Shown: positions 51,547 to 64,000 of the stretch, piece after piece
Layout: each line of letters opens with the position of its first letter
Position numbering within the stretch: position 1 is the stretch's first letter
Source of the DNA: Trichoplax adhaerens
Lineage: Eukaryota > Animalia > Placozoa
Length of the DNA: 64,000 nucleotides
Direction of reading: 5' to 3'
Assembly (NCBI RefSeq): GCF_000150275.1
Contig: NW_002060954.1
Span: 1,302,001-1,366,000 of the forward strand
Program-made: the position numbers and the translations under genes
Notes under the pieces: model-generated
Seen by the model: only the letters and a program-made list of their open reading frames with translations
The model's database searches: none
Told to the model about the DNA's origin: nothing

Positions 51547-51802
51547 ATCTAGCAATAGATTTCATTTATACTTTGATGAAAATATCTGATACGAAAATAA
51601 TATTGCTGTACAGTATGTGCTGCATGAACATTATGGAAGAGAGATATTCGAGAGAGAGAAATTGTGAGTCAGTGATACAGTACTGTACACTGTACTGTAC
51701 AGTACGATAATTATCTAGCAATACAGTACATTTCATTTATACTGTACTGTACTTTGATGAAAATACAGTATCTGATACGAAAATACTGTAATATTGCTGT
51801 AC
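51547..51802. repeat. 65-bp direct duplication (51547-51611 and 51713-51802); the second copy carries five extra 5-bp units
   Basis: Removing CAGTA (51724-28), CTGTA x2 (51742-51), CAGTA (51766-70) and CTGTA (51786-90) from copy 2 reproduces copy 1 with a single G/C substitution. Confidence 0.95.
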
Positions 51803-52065
51803 TATATATTGTAGAATTTCCCATACTGTTTCTGTCTCTTACAGTACAATGCCGACAACTACGGTAAGCCCTGCTTCTAGAATGATACAGTAGAACGAAG
51901 GAAGGATGGATGGACCATCTTCTCCACAGAAATTGATCGTATACAGCTACAGTACTGAGACTTTTCTCTTTTCAATACATCTGTACTGTACACTGTGTAC
52001 AGTACTAAGGTAGTAAACAAACAATTTTGCTCATCATGTTGACACGGACGTACACTCGTACAGTA

Positions 52066-52125
52066 CTGTACTGTACTGCAGTTATGGTCCTGTATTGTAC
52101 TGCAGTTATGGTCCTGTATTGCACT
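52066..52125. repeat. 24-bp tandem repeat x2.5 (CTGTA(C/T)TGTACTGCAGTTATGGTC)
   Basis: Units at 52066, 52090 and a partial unit at 52114. Confidence 0.85.
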
Positions 52126-52637
52126 GTACTGTATCACTGTACATCAAGCACTGGACCATCGGGTCGTACTGCGGTGCAGGTCACACACAAATCATATGAA
52201 TCATATCAACGTCATGCCAAATGTTTCGATCCGTCACTGGCGTCACTCAGTAGCCCCACCCCCCATCAGTAATCTAGTAGGCTCACTCGTCGCCAATGGT
52301 CAGAACGACAAAGAAGAAGAAGATGGCCATGGGAAAAGCCAATGTCTATTTGTTGATTTTCATCTATTAGTCGTCGTATTTTCCTCTATTTGGTAGTAGG
52401 TTACCTAGCGGATTGGAAGGATAAAGACAATTGTCAGTCCTGTGTTTTTTTTCCCCCCCCCCTGGCTTTCCATTGGATTCAAAGATTAAAGTATCGTCAT
52501 TCGTAGGGAATTCGTTGGTGAAGCGAAGAAATTACAAGTTCAATGAACGACGCCACCATTGGTAAAAGTCTTGAGAGAAAATTAAGTGGACTCTAGCAAT
52601 CAATCTGTTTTCATCATAACCAAGTAAAATCTCCATT

Positions 52638-55600
52638 ATGCCTATCAACAACTTCATCTGGGCTTGCTTGTTGTTACTATCGACTGTGCAATGCCTTTCA
52701 GTCAATGCTACTAAAATCCAATTCAATCCATCGCAACAACATGGTGACTACCATGATGCAATCATGCTCAACGCTAATCAGTTTATCCGATATAATCTTA
52801 GCAGCAATGGCGATCGTTATCGTTTTATTTACAGCAAACGCGGTGATAATGGTTTTGTTGTCTTTTCTGCCAACTCTCATTATTATCCTATAACAGCATC
52901 GTTAAAAGATGCCACATCCAGTGATTATACCATAACATCGATCAATCCTGGCTTAATCCAAGTCTTTACCAATGAAAATCAATTTGCCAATTTATACTTA
53001 AGCTTATCAACAGATGAGGGCAACAGCAAAGAAAACCTTCCTCGATTGCCTTCAACTATTGCTACACAACTTGTTGCTGTTCCTTATAAAAATTTCGCAC
53101 CCTTACCTGGTGGCTGTTGCTTAAGTTGCGATCTGGATATTGATCCGAATATTGTATTAACAACTTCATCATGGATTACTTGGGTATCTTTTGATCAGGC
53201 AAATGCTGGCTTTCAAAACGGTAACTACTACAAGAGAAAAAAAATGCAGCCCATGTTTAATATTTGTACTCTCCTAGTCCTCTATGCCTCTCACAAATGG
53301 ACTCAATTAATTCAATTAACCATAATCGGCTAATGGAGTTGTTACAATACAATCGGTAGTAAGATGTTATTCAGTAGACAAGATACATGCAAACACGTAG
53401 GCAGTAATGCTTCTTCGAACGCTATATGACTTAGTTTTATTTCTTTATCACCACTTGTATCGAATCATCTATCATCTCTGCTTTGCATTTTACCATACTA
53501 TTCATGTACTTTTTAGTATTTAGCACAAACTGGATAATTTTCTTCAATTACAAACACAATCACAAATACAGTACTGTAATGACAGTAGTCATTCGTGAAT
53601 GATACAGTTACTATGTCATTTATCCTATCCAATCTGTACTAGGGTACTGTAGCTTGGAAGATAATTTTTAGATCAAATGGATTCATTATGCACTACTGTT
53701 CTGTGAACATCATGCTAGCAATGAAAGTATTAGCAGGGTTATAATACAAGTCAATTCGTTACAGGGACTAGGGACTGCTCCTAATAATGATACTCACAGG
53801 ACTGTACAATGACAAAGGACAATCATAATTTAGATATGGACGATATAGGCTTCAATCATTTTCCTTTTTTTCTTACTAAATTGCCAAATTAGGGCATTAA
53901 ATTTCCAAATTATATATAGGTGATAGCAAAGAATGAGAGATTATGAGTCAATAACTGAAGGGATATTTATCGATGTTTCATTTGATCAAGGCATAGATAA
54001 CACTTGCAATAAAAGTTAATTCTCAGAGATCACAGAATGAACTAAAATCGAAACCAAGTACAGTATTGGCAATTACATTATCTTGTAGTTATGTCTATGC
54101 ATAAGTTTTATACTAGGTTTTTTTGATCTACATATCTGTTATGAGTGTATCTTCAAAGCTTCTTGTTACTACACCTTCTCTTAATAGAAATTATTAATAA
54201 TGTCTTGTCTTTAAAATACTTTCAGATCAACAGCCACATTGTGGTGGTAATTCGCCTAGTCGATTTCGGTTACAGTACGACTTGTATCAACTATTTTTGC
54301 CTTTATGGAATATAAATGGCAAGGAATTATTTAAAAATGTCCACTATATGGTTACACCTGAAAATATTCGGAAACATGGCAAATTTGTAAGTTTTAGAAT
54401 TCAACTTAATTGGTGGAGAATCGTAAATTAGGCGTATAGCAACGACATGATAGCATTGGTATCGTACTAACATAACACGAAAAGAGGTGACAACATCATA
54501 ATTATTTCTTACTGCGATATTCTACTGTATTGCATTTGCAGCATAAATCTATGCGATATCAGTGACAAATGCTATAAACTTTTAAATATTTTAAACATGC
54601 TGTACGTACTTTGCATACTTTTTCTCTTCAATTACTGTGGGTAAAGTTATAGACTAGCTTTGAAGAAGCCCACTGTTGTACAATTCATGGATTACATATA
54701 CTTTGGAGTTGTACCGCAAATCAAATAAGCTATTTCAAAATATGTGCTACATTTTAATAGGATCTCTCGCAGATTACGCAGTAAGAAATAATTATATATT
54801 TTTACTTTAACATAAAATTGTCAGTACAACATTCTCCATAGCATTGAGATATCGTGACGAAACAAAATAATCAAGAAATGACTTTTTCAACACTATCTCG
54901 TCGTGGTGTATTTTTTACATGCTGCATTTCAGATAAACAAATATGGTAAAATAATAAAACGACCCTTAATAGCCCAGTAATATGAACAATTAAACTACAT
55001 ATACAGTATATGTATCACGTTGACCAATTTTAGTATCCTTGATCATCGTTAGATTTAGATTTAAAATATATAGCGATGAAACGGTCAATAGAAGTGATTG
55101 CTGATCATTGCTTATTTACAACAACTACGAGTTAAGTTTATGATTATGATTGTAGTAACTTTTATAATTGCCATCTATTTATTACGATGATCATCTTTCA
55201 GATTCGAACTTTTGGCGGTGAAACACAGACTATCATTGCTATGAATTCAGTCTTCGGACATGGTGCAATTTATGGAGTTATCGTACGAGATCCATTCTTT
55301 CGGAGTGAAGCCGCATATAGTCCAGCAACAACCTATTTTTGCAATTTAACACAACAAAATAATAAGGGAAATCAAATTGTCTCTTGTGAAACTGGACCTT
55401 ACAATTATTTTGCAACAATTTTAGCTGTTGTATTGTCAGTTGTCGGATTATGTATGTGCTTGTTTTCTGCGCGATTTTTTAAGTCATTCCTATTCATTAT
55501 TGGTTGCCTGATTGGTGCTATCGCTGGTTTCGTTGTCGTTGCTGTTACTGGTTGGTTAAAAACTCATTTATCTCTACAATTGACTGTTACGACATTAGCA

Positions 55601-56571
55601 AGTATTCTGGTTGGTGCTGTTTTTGTCATGATATGGTACGCTTTCGGCATGTGCCTATTTCTTCTTGCATTTATGGCCTCACCACTAGGATTTCTATTGA
55701 TATCGATAGTGTTCACAGTTACACCACTTGGCCTATTAACCGTATGGACTAGGGTTAACTTTGCTCTGTTATTCGTCTTAATATTGGTCATCTTTGCTCT
55801 ACTTACTATTATATTTACAAAATCCATGACTATTATCACGCCTGCTATTATTGGAGCATACCTCTTCCTATTTGGTATTAGCCATTTTGTGCATAGCAGT
55901 TTTGGATTATTTATTCTCTCGATCTTCAGGCATGCTTTAGTAGAGACTAAAGTGGATGTTCTTATAACATCACTACCATTTAGTATTGACGGTAAGGATA
56001 ATCGCTGACTATGATGACAGCAATTTCTATAATTAAATCTTGCACGTTAAAAATAACGTATCACTGTTAAATTCACAAAGTTATCCTACAATACATTCAT
56101 CTATATCTACTGCTAATTTAATTTACGATTATATTTTTCTTCAAATTTATCAAGAATAGTTCTACTGTATTGTTTATATAACTTTTCTTTTATATCTTTA
56201 TAATTGAATCCTAATGGTTATTTGACATTACGATATAAAGCAAGTACTTATAGCTTGATCCAAGGATTGTATATTTGATTCTTCAAATTTTTATCATCAT
56301 TTCAGACTGGATATTTTGTTCTTTATGGATTGTACTCTCTGTTGTCGGCATAGCTGTACAGAATCGCTTAAGAGACAGAGGAACACCCTTTCCTCAATCA
56401 CCATTACTTTTTTATCGATGCTGGCAAAGACGAAAAAATATTGAGTTAATAAACACCAACAATAGCCGTACTGATCGAATCACTGAAGATGCTAATGTGA
56501 ACTATAATAGCTTTGAACAAAGTCCACTCTTAGGAAACGAGAAACAAAGTTATGGAACTTCTTGGCAATAA
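52638..56571 (+). CDS. TM7SF3: Transmembrane 7 superfamily member 3-like; exons 52638-53220, 54226-54386, 55202-55991, 56306-56571
   Basis: Signal peptide; PLPGGCCLSCDLDIDPNI; RLQYDLYQLFLP; GAIYGVIVRDP..EAAYSPATTYFC; multi-pass hydrophobic region; PFP motif and dileucine-like EQSPLL in the tail; phase-compatible junctions. Confidence 0.85.
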
Positions 56572-59118
56572 ATTACTATATCGTAATGTTGCATAACGAG
56601 GATTAGTTGCCGACCGCTGTAAATGACGTTGCAAGGAAATACTTTCCAATAAGATAAACGTTCTCGTTACTTTTCCTAACGTTAAGTGATTCTTATTAAT
56701 TATTGTAGACATTAATTATTTTAAGCAATTACAAACGAATTAATCTCCGTAATAGATTTCAATTCTGCAATTCAGTTACAAGATAGACCTCGTAACTTGT
56801 TACGTAGTAGTTTTTGAAAAAGAAATTTAGAAACCTGTTTATACCAATTTAAATTTAATTTTAATTTTCTATAATTTGTATACTACTCCTTAGTATTCCA
56901 TCAACAGTACAGTAGGTGAATCAATGCGCGACTTATATAATGTGGTCAATATAGTTTTTTTAAATTTCATAAACAGTATTATACCGATAGCAACTTAATA
57001 GCAACCCTAATATGAACAAATATCCGGTAAATGAAAATGATCGTATAGTACATTTTAACTATCTTAATCTTCATTGGATGCTTTTAATTGTATTCATGTA
57101 CAGTATTTCATTTTGTTATTGGTAAGGTGGCGAGTTATTAATTTGTTTACATGATGATAACCAATATTTTTATCATATATTGTATAATGCACCTAAATAA
57201 CAAGTTCTCACTAAAGTTGGCGCTAAAGTGCTTTGGCGAGGATTTCTTTTGTTTACTGATATTACAGAATATTTTACATAGACCTTCTTAGTTATTTTAT
57301 TTTGTTTAATAGTTAGTGAATCTAATAGAAAGTCTAGTTACTAACCCTATGAGTTTACGCTTAAATGTGTTACTTGTTTTCAGACAATACTATGAAGATT
57401 TTGTAAAATTTTTTTCCTCTAGTAAACTGCTACCGTATGTCATTGACCAAAGTATGCACATTGTACCACCTTTACACTTAGATCATCGTCTTGATTAATA
57501 TGATAGCTCAAAATTTTATTAAAGTTGTCAGTGTTTTTATGAAAGTGATCGAAAAGTCAAGAATATTGAAAATTTCATTTCATTTGATACTTATTTGCGA
57601 TTGTACATTAACGAAATATTTAGGATGTCATAAATAACGGAAAAGCATCATTTACAAGTCGTTATTATCATTATGCGAAAGAGCTTGTTGAAATAAATAA
57701 TTGTTACAGTCTAATATTAATTTACTTGAAAATAGTTCTTATGTATATGCCGTATATGAAAGAAAGAGGGAGATACAAATTACACTTGTACCATAAAGAC
57801 ATGCCAAAATGATTATAACACACGTACATCATATTCAATCACTCAACATAAAATATGAATACGATATAAAGTATAGATTAAGACATATTATAATAGTTTA
57901 CAACTTTTACGTATTGTCGGCGATCTCGCAGTATTTATACACATAAATATTAATGTAAATATCAAACATATAAGATGCAACAACTATGGTCTCAAAAGTT
58001 CTCAAAAGACTAACAATTCTGTATATAACATACTTAAAATCGATCTTATACAAGCAACAATAATACTATTTGACAGCTACTTTGCATCACTGGTTAAATT
58101 GTATATAATATTACATATAAGCCCATATAGCAAATATGACTTAGTCTTTTTATATTTTGCATACAATATACAGTACGTACAACTAACTGTACAGTAATTT
58201 TGAATTGAAAAAGTATTCCTAAATTATCAATCGACTATATCAAATATTTGACTATCACTCAAACGTGAAGTAACGATCGGTACCATAGAACATACTACCA
58301 TAATAATTATGAATACGACATTTACATTTACTGTATCATGTAAAAATTCAAGATATTTTCAGAATAATAAATCTTAAGAATTACAGCCATTGATTAATAA
58401 CTTAAAATAAATAAATTTGATACGAGTGAAGCGATGCGTTCAATATTGAATTAAGAATTAAATAAGCTGAGTAAGAAATGAAACAGCTTATTATTACTGT
58501 CAAATCCAAGTTAATTCTTACAAATAGAATGTAGGGGTTACTGTACCTTCACTGATATAAAGTTTTCACTGTAGATTTTATACGTGTAAGTCATGATCCA
58601 GCCATAATTAAATCATGTTAAATATTAGATGATACGATGTCAGGCCTTGAAGGCAGTCGATACATAATTTTGTCATAAAATTTTTAATTGGATGTAAACT
58701 ATTTTCCGTGCTAAAAAAGAGAAATTACTTTGTAGTAGGTCAGAATAAATTTCATCACATCTTTAACATTAACCGAACAGTTACGATGTTTTTCAAATTT
58801 CATAATTTATAACAAATTATCTGTTTTAAAAGCTTTTTCTGCTTTAATTTAAATTCTATAAATATTCATAAAAGACTTTTTTTGGTTACCACGAATGGAA
58901 CCTTACAGTAATGTCCATGTAAACTTAAGTTCATCTCAAGTAGGAGTAACCAAATTTCAATAGCATATTATGCACAATAAACAAGGATAGCTTGAAGTTT
59001 CGTTTGTAACGAATGAAACGTAACAATAATTTTGCTTAAATTAATAGACTTGGCATACAATGTAGTCTTACTTTAATTAGCAATATTGAGTGTGATATTA
59101 GCTGGTACTTTCTGACGG

Positions 59119-62100
59119 TCAAACACTTTTGTGTTTCTTTTGGTCAACTATGTAATGTGTATAATCTCTTATTAAGAGAGCAATTTGAACCGCTTCATTG
59201 GTATTAAAGACGAATTTTCTACCGTTAGTTAAACTTCCGGCTATAAGCATAAGACTAGTCAGTGATGGCTTGTAACTCACTAGCTCACTGTAACTAAAAC
59301 TAAATCGAGGCTCTTTAGCCCTTCTAATTAGAACATACACACCACTGTGTGATACCGCTAGCCATAAGGTCTTTGGCAACTCCGAAGTGTACGTTTGCGT
59401 TACATCGAACACGGTGGATCCATATAAACTCCATGTAGTTTTAACAAACTCCATGTACAATTTGAATATTGAATCACGATCTTTGTCAACAAGTGTACGA
59501 TGCAATCGCTTAACATCAATAAATTTAATTTTATGATGCAGATATCGAGGAAGACTTCGTCTGACGATAGGACCATAATCAGCGGTCACTTCAATTTCTG
59601 GACCAACCCAAGACGGTCTCATATTCTCATCTAGATCATCTTCGCAGTCGCCTAACTCAGCCTGTGCACGTAATGCACATAGAAAAACCTAAAAAATTTT
59701 ACAGTTTTAAAATATCTCTTTCACTAGCAATTTCGACATGATAACAATAGCATGAAGATTTCACGAAGTTAAAAATCATTAAGAATATTTAGGATGTAAG
59801 TTTCTTACAACATAAGCATTTATTTTACTCTAAAAAAATCCTACCGCTTCCTCGTAATACAGAGGATATTTGTCGTTAATGATATCGCTTGAAGCCTAAT
59901 AAATTGTTATGAATGTTAGTTTCATACAGGTTGTTCATTAATTAATCTATCAATAATTTAATTTATCATAAAGATTACATTTGTAGTTAGCGTGGCTACA
60001 TACCTGATGTATTAAGAGATCAAATTCAACACGATCTTCAGGATCATAGAATGTACCATTACCAACGTATAACCGTTTCTGCATCACAATAAAATGTTAA
60101 GTTGGAGCTTACACAAGGATAAAAGATGTTAATTGTTAGATTTAATTGAATTTACTACCTTAAATGTTAATTTTACTTCTGTCGTATCATTTTCCACACG
60201 TGAGTACAGGTCCCATTTTGATAGGACATCGGCAACTTTTTCACTATCGTTGATACTTCTCTCAAGACTATTCCGACATTCGTATAGAGAGAAGCCAAAG
60301 GCTGATGGCAGTAGACCAATTCTCCTTTTTATTAATTCGGTAATCTGACAAAAAAGAATCAATATCAGCTAGAATAGACAATACAATATAAAGACAACTA
60401 GCAGATCATTTGAACATAACTTGGCGTACCGATTTATATTCGTGTAATCTAACATCATAAGTAAAAATATGCTTTAAATCCATACTTACTTCATCTATTG
60501 TTGTAACAGAATCAAATTCCAATGCTCTAAATTCACCGTCCATAAAGTAAAATCGTGCATGCATTGGCCGTCTAAGGATCAACATCAAACATAACATTTC
60601 AATTACAACGAAAAGATCGTAAGTAAAGCCTGTCAGCAATGCATCAAAAAATTTAGCTTACCTTCGGATCAGGCACTTAATTTCTTTAATCGATGGCGCA
60701 AATTTACGATTCTTTTTCTCTCTAACACGTGCTAGTCCCTACAATGTGATTTATATAGCATTGCGATGACTTTACTGAAGCCGTACAGTAAATAAAATCC
60801 AACGTATTTTACCTTCAAGCAAAATTGCGCATATTTTCCCTGGTCCGTATTGGCTTCCAGCATATATTTATTAAGATGTGCCGATAGCAAATCTAAAATT
60901 AGCTATTTGTAATTATAATATGAGAAATTAATACATTTAAGGTAAAGATCAAGGATAACACTAAAGTAACACTTATTAAATCATTGCTAGAAAATATATG
61001 GTTTAGCATAAGCGAAATGATGAATCGAAGTTCAAGGATGGAATTTAAAGGTCTACAAAAATTTTGAACTAATCAAAGTTGCGTGCAAACATCATATCGT
61101 ACTTTGTTAGATGAAAGTGCTGTCCAAACAGCTGCCGATAGGAGTTGCCAATTCCGTGTGTTAACGCGACTAGTAGGATCTAATAGTACGAAGCAAGTTA
61201 ATAACGTCGATAACCAAGATGTGACTAATATCAAGTGCTGAAAATAATTTCCGTAGATATAACAAAGTTAGTTGGCCATTTTACCTGGATGATCTGTAGT
61301 TTGTTTAATGATTTGCAAATAAAATTCATTACATAATTCGTTATCGGCTATAATAGCATTTAAAAGTTGCTGAGCTAGCAACTCGTGCTCATTTTCTCTA
61401 GCCTGAAGTTGAACACGATTTGAACCGTTTTCGTTGTTACTATCGGGCGTTAATCGTCCTGCTTCTATTAGACTCGAACGTCTACTAGCATGTCCTGGAT
61501 TTCCAAATGCCAAAATCTCGCTAAACATTTCTAAAGCTATTTCATCACGTGCTATATTGTAGTACATTGCAAATAAAAAGAATAAAATTTAATGTTATTT
61601 TATTAAAGGTTTAGCGAAACTAGCCTGGATTTACTCTCATTTCGTGAAATCAATTCATATTACATTCTTAGTATGCTGTATCCTAATCTAAATTGTTAGA
61701 TGATGGTCAAAACCCGCGCTGAAGTAACCTCCTGCATATACTTCAGCTACTACCCTATACACTAAGTATCATACTTTACAAAATTATGCTTATTACTAGT
61801 TTCCTTAAAATTATAGAAAAAAAGGCGAAGAGACCATTCGTTAACGAGCTTTTTCTGAGTTGTCGAATTATCATATAGGTAAACAATAATTCTATCTACA
61901 TCATGGTATGTGGCACTTACGAACATCCCCTAGGTTTCCTTTAGCGTTGCTCAGTTTCGTTAATGAATTTTTAATCGGAATTTTTGAAAAGGTCCAAAAC
62001 GATGATTTAAAGAGTTTTTCATCAGGAATACCATAATGCTTATCAAATTTTCTTGCAAAACTATGCAATGCAACGATAATATTTTCAGAATAAGAGATAA

Positions 62101-64000
62101 CATCAGTATCGATATTACAATATTCTGTCTTAACACAAATTTTTTTACACCAGTTGTAAGATACTGAAAGCACTATTAATATTTGCAATTACTTCACGTT
62201 ATATAAACAAAGAATATTAATTTAAATAAGTATTCATTACTTTCTTTGGTAAGTACTACGTTTTAAATTATAGTTTGAATAGGCTAAAGGATTTCTCCAG
62301 ATTTGTACGTTAACAAATTTCTCAGTAAAGTACTACAATTACCGCGTTATAGAGCCGGCAACCAGTCCAGGTTTATCGTAAAATTTTCTTAATAGTCCAC
62401 TATTAGCTAGAGCACGTCTTGATGAAATTATTGCTTCATTTGATTTAACTCTACTTTCTTTATTAACATGACCCTATTACAGACAAAAACAAAAATTCTA
62501 TTACTTTACGTTATTTATAATCCTGCTACCCATGAACTAAACTGTTTTGTTTTCCATAAGATTTTAGCAATCATGAAACATGTAAATAGAACGTAAAACT
62601 AAGTTTTTCAGCTATTCTCATTCGCTGGTATCAAACTTTCACAGCGTTTTTACTGAATATCTACAATGCCCAATTTTTTATATTACATGTAACTTTATAT
62701 TCAGTTACAGTAATTTATGAATATTTAGTTGTCTCTTCTCAGTGAAACAAACCTTTATCAACTTCTGACCCCCTTGAACATGTAGCCAGTTGTTATGTGT
62801 AGGAGAATAGCTAACGATTAAACTCGCGATACAGTCCTTATGATTTGTTTCAAACATAAAACACCGATGATCGTTTTCCTGGGTGATAACATTTAAGGTC
62901 AGTACACTATGTTCGAAATCTATGCCAATATGATCTAATGCAGAGTATGGGTACGAAGCTAATATTTCTTTTTTGTGATAGTTCACGAATTTGAAACCGA
63001 TGTGGTCCACGGCCAAATAAATATGATTAGGGTACATCCAGAATCCCTTATAGGTAACTTCGAATAGGGTCGCTCCGTAAAGTTGATACTGTTTAATGCA
63101 AGTTAAATAAATAACTTTTGCTTGTATTTCTGATAATCCATAACCATAATCCTAAATTGTAGAAATTATTACGTCAATCGGCGATATGGTGACGCAACCA
63201 CATAAACAACTAATGCGAGTACAGTAAGTACACTATTTTTAAATCAGAGAATTGATTACATAGGAACGATTAACTTTTTATGTGAAATAGTACTCAGATT
63301 CTAACCTTATGCGCTTGTGCTATTGCTTTAGAGATATCCTCCATACGTTGAGCATTGCTGTTTTCTATTATTCTCGAACTTAGGAAATCGAAAGGTTGAG
63401 TATACCTGTCACGATCAAAATATAAATAAGGGTATTTTCATACTGGCGATAAAGAGCTTTTGATGTTGTTAACAACGAATAACCACAAGAGGCAGCTCAG
63501 ATGATAATCAATTCAATTACCATAGTCGCCGCTTATATTAACATTATCACTAAGCATCATGCAGCTTCTTTATCCGAATGTTAATAAAGGGATACATCAA
63601 TACAACATAGATACTACTAGCAATTAAATTTATCTCCCTGCAGATGGATAATCATGTTCTATTATCAACTTTGGAGATAATACCTGTCCTTTCTAGATGA
63701 TACGTAGTCTCCATAACAGACTTGAGCTTGCAGGCCAGCTAATTGAAAGGCTACTTTATTAGTGATTGGAAATTTATCCTCCTAGGATTGATACCGCAAA
63801 TGTAGAATTAATTCGTATGTATAAATAGCGATATTCGTTAACAAGCCTAGACGCAGAAAATCAATACTAGTAATTCACAGTAATAACATAAAGTTAAGAT
63901 GCTAACCTTTATAATGTCATGCACAGCTTGAGCATATATTAAATGATGTTCAACCAGGTCTTGTGGTAATGCTTTAGGATTTAGAAATATTCTTTTTCTT
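59119..64000 (-). CDS. 3' part of a MyTH4-FERM unconventional myosin tail (FERM-MyTH4-FERM), probably Myo22/Myo81F-like; 5' end beyond the window
   Basis: First FERM ([25 protein letters not shown]), then MyTH4 ([62 protein letters not shown]), then a second FERM ([49 protein letters not shown]); stop at 59119. The motor domain is not in the window, so the class assignment is tentative. Confidence 0.75.

Larger units (their letters stand above)
51290..52170. promoter_or_regulatory. Putative bidirectional promoter CDAN1/TM7SF3, saturated with TA(CAG/CTG)TA units
   Basis: Lies between divergent ATGs at 51241 (-) and 52638 (+); highest density of TACAGTA/TACTGTA in the window by eye. Confidence 0.65.

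Noticed and set aside
51253-52396. Several 60-90 aa ORFs in the CDAN1/TM7SF3 intergenic region
   Set aside because: Same low-complexity artefact; the CDAN1 coding start is at 51241, just outside this interval.
55504-55839. Alternative-frame and antisense ORFs within TM7SF3 exon 3
   Set aside because: Shadow ORFs of a hydrophobic, T-rich coding exon; no independent evidence.

Overview
AT-rich, intron-dense eukaryotic (animal) genomic DNA with very short GT-AG introns. The gene style and content suggest an early-branching metazoan such as a placozoan (Trichoplax-like); this is an inference. Seven protein-coding genes were reconstructed by eye: (1) WDR64-like WD40 protein (+, 5'-truncated, ends 10184); (2) a single spliced gene fusing a PLP-dependent SufS-like cysteine desulfurase to a TtcA-type tRNA 2-thiocytidine synthetase (+, 12485-19644); (3) an intronless D-2-hydroxyacid/glyoxylate reductase (+, 21140-22096); (4) LIM-homeobox Lhx1/5 (+, 30660-42769) in an expanded non-coding domain with several degenerate tandem arrays and a candidate solo LTR; (5) Codanin-1 (-, 51241-44140); (6) TM7SF3 (+, 52638-56571), divergent from Codanin-1; (7) the 3' part of a FERM-MyTH4-FERM myosin tail, probably Myo22-like (-, >64000-59119). 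Two observations stand out. First, the promoter regions are saturated with TA(CAG/CTG)TA units, and a local 65-bp duplication shows that these are 5-bp indels at TA dinucleotides (5 indels versus 1 substitution). This matches the Tc1/mariner (Sleeping Beauty-type) excision footprint and suggests promoters remodelled by repeated transposon insertion and excision. Second, the desulfurase-TtcA fusion is a candidate self-contained tRNA thiolation system in an animal. Exon boundaries were read manually and may be off by a few bases.
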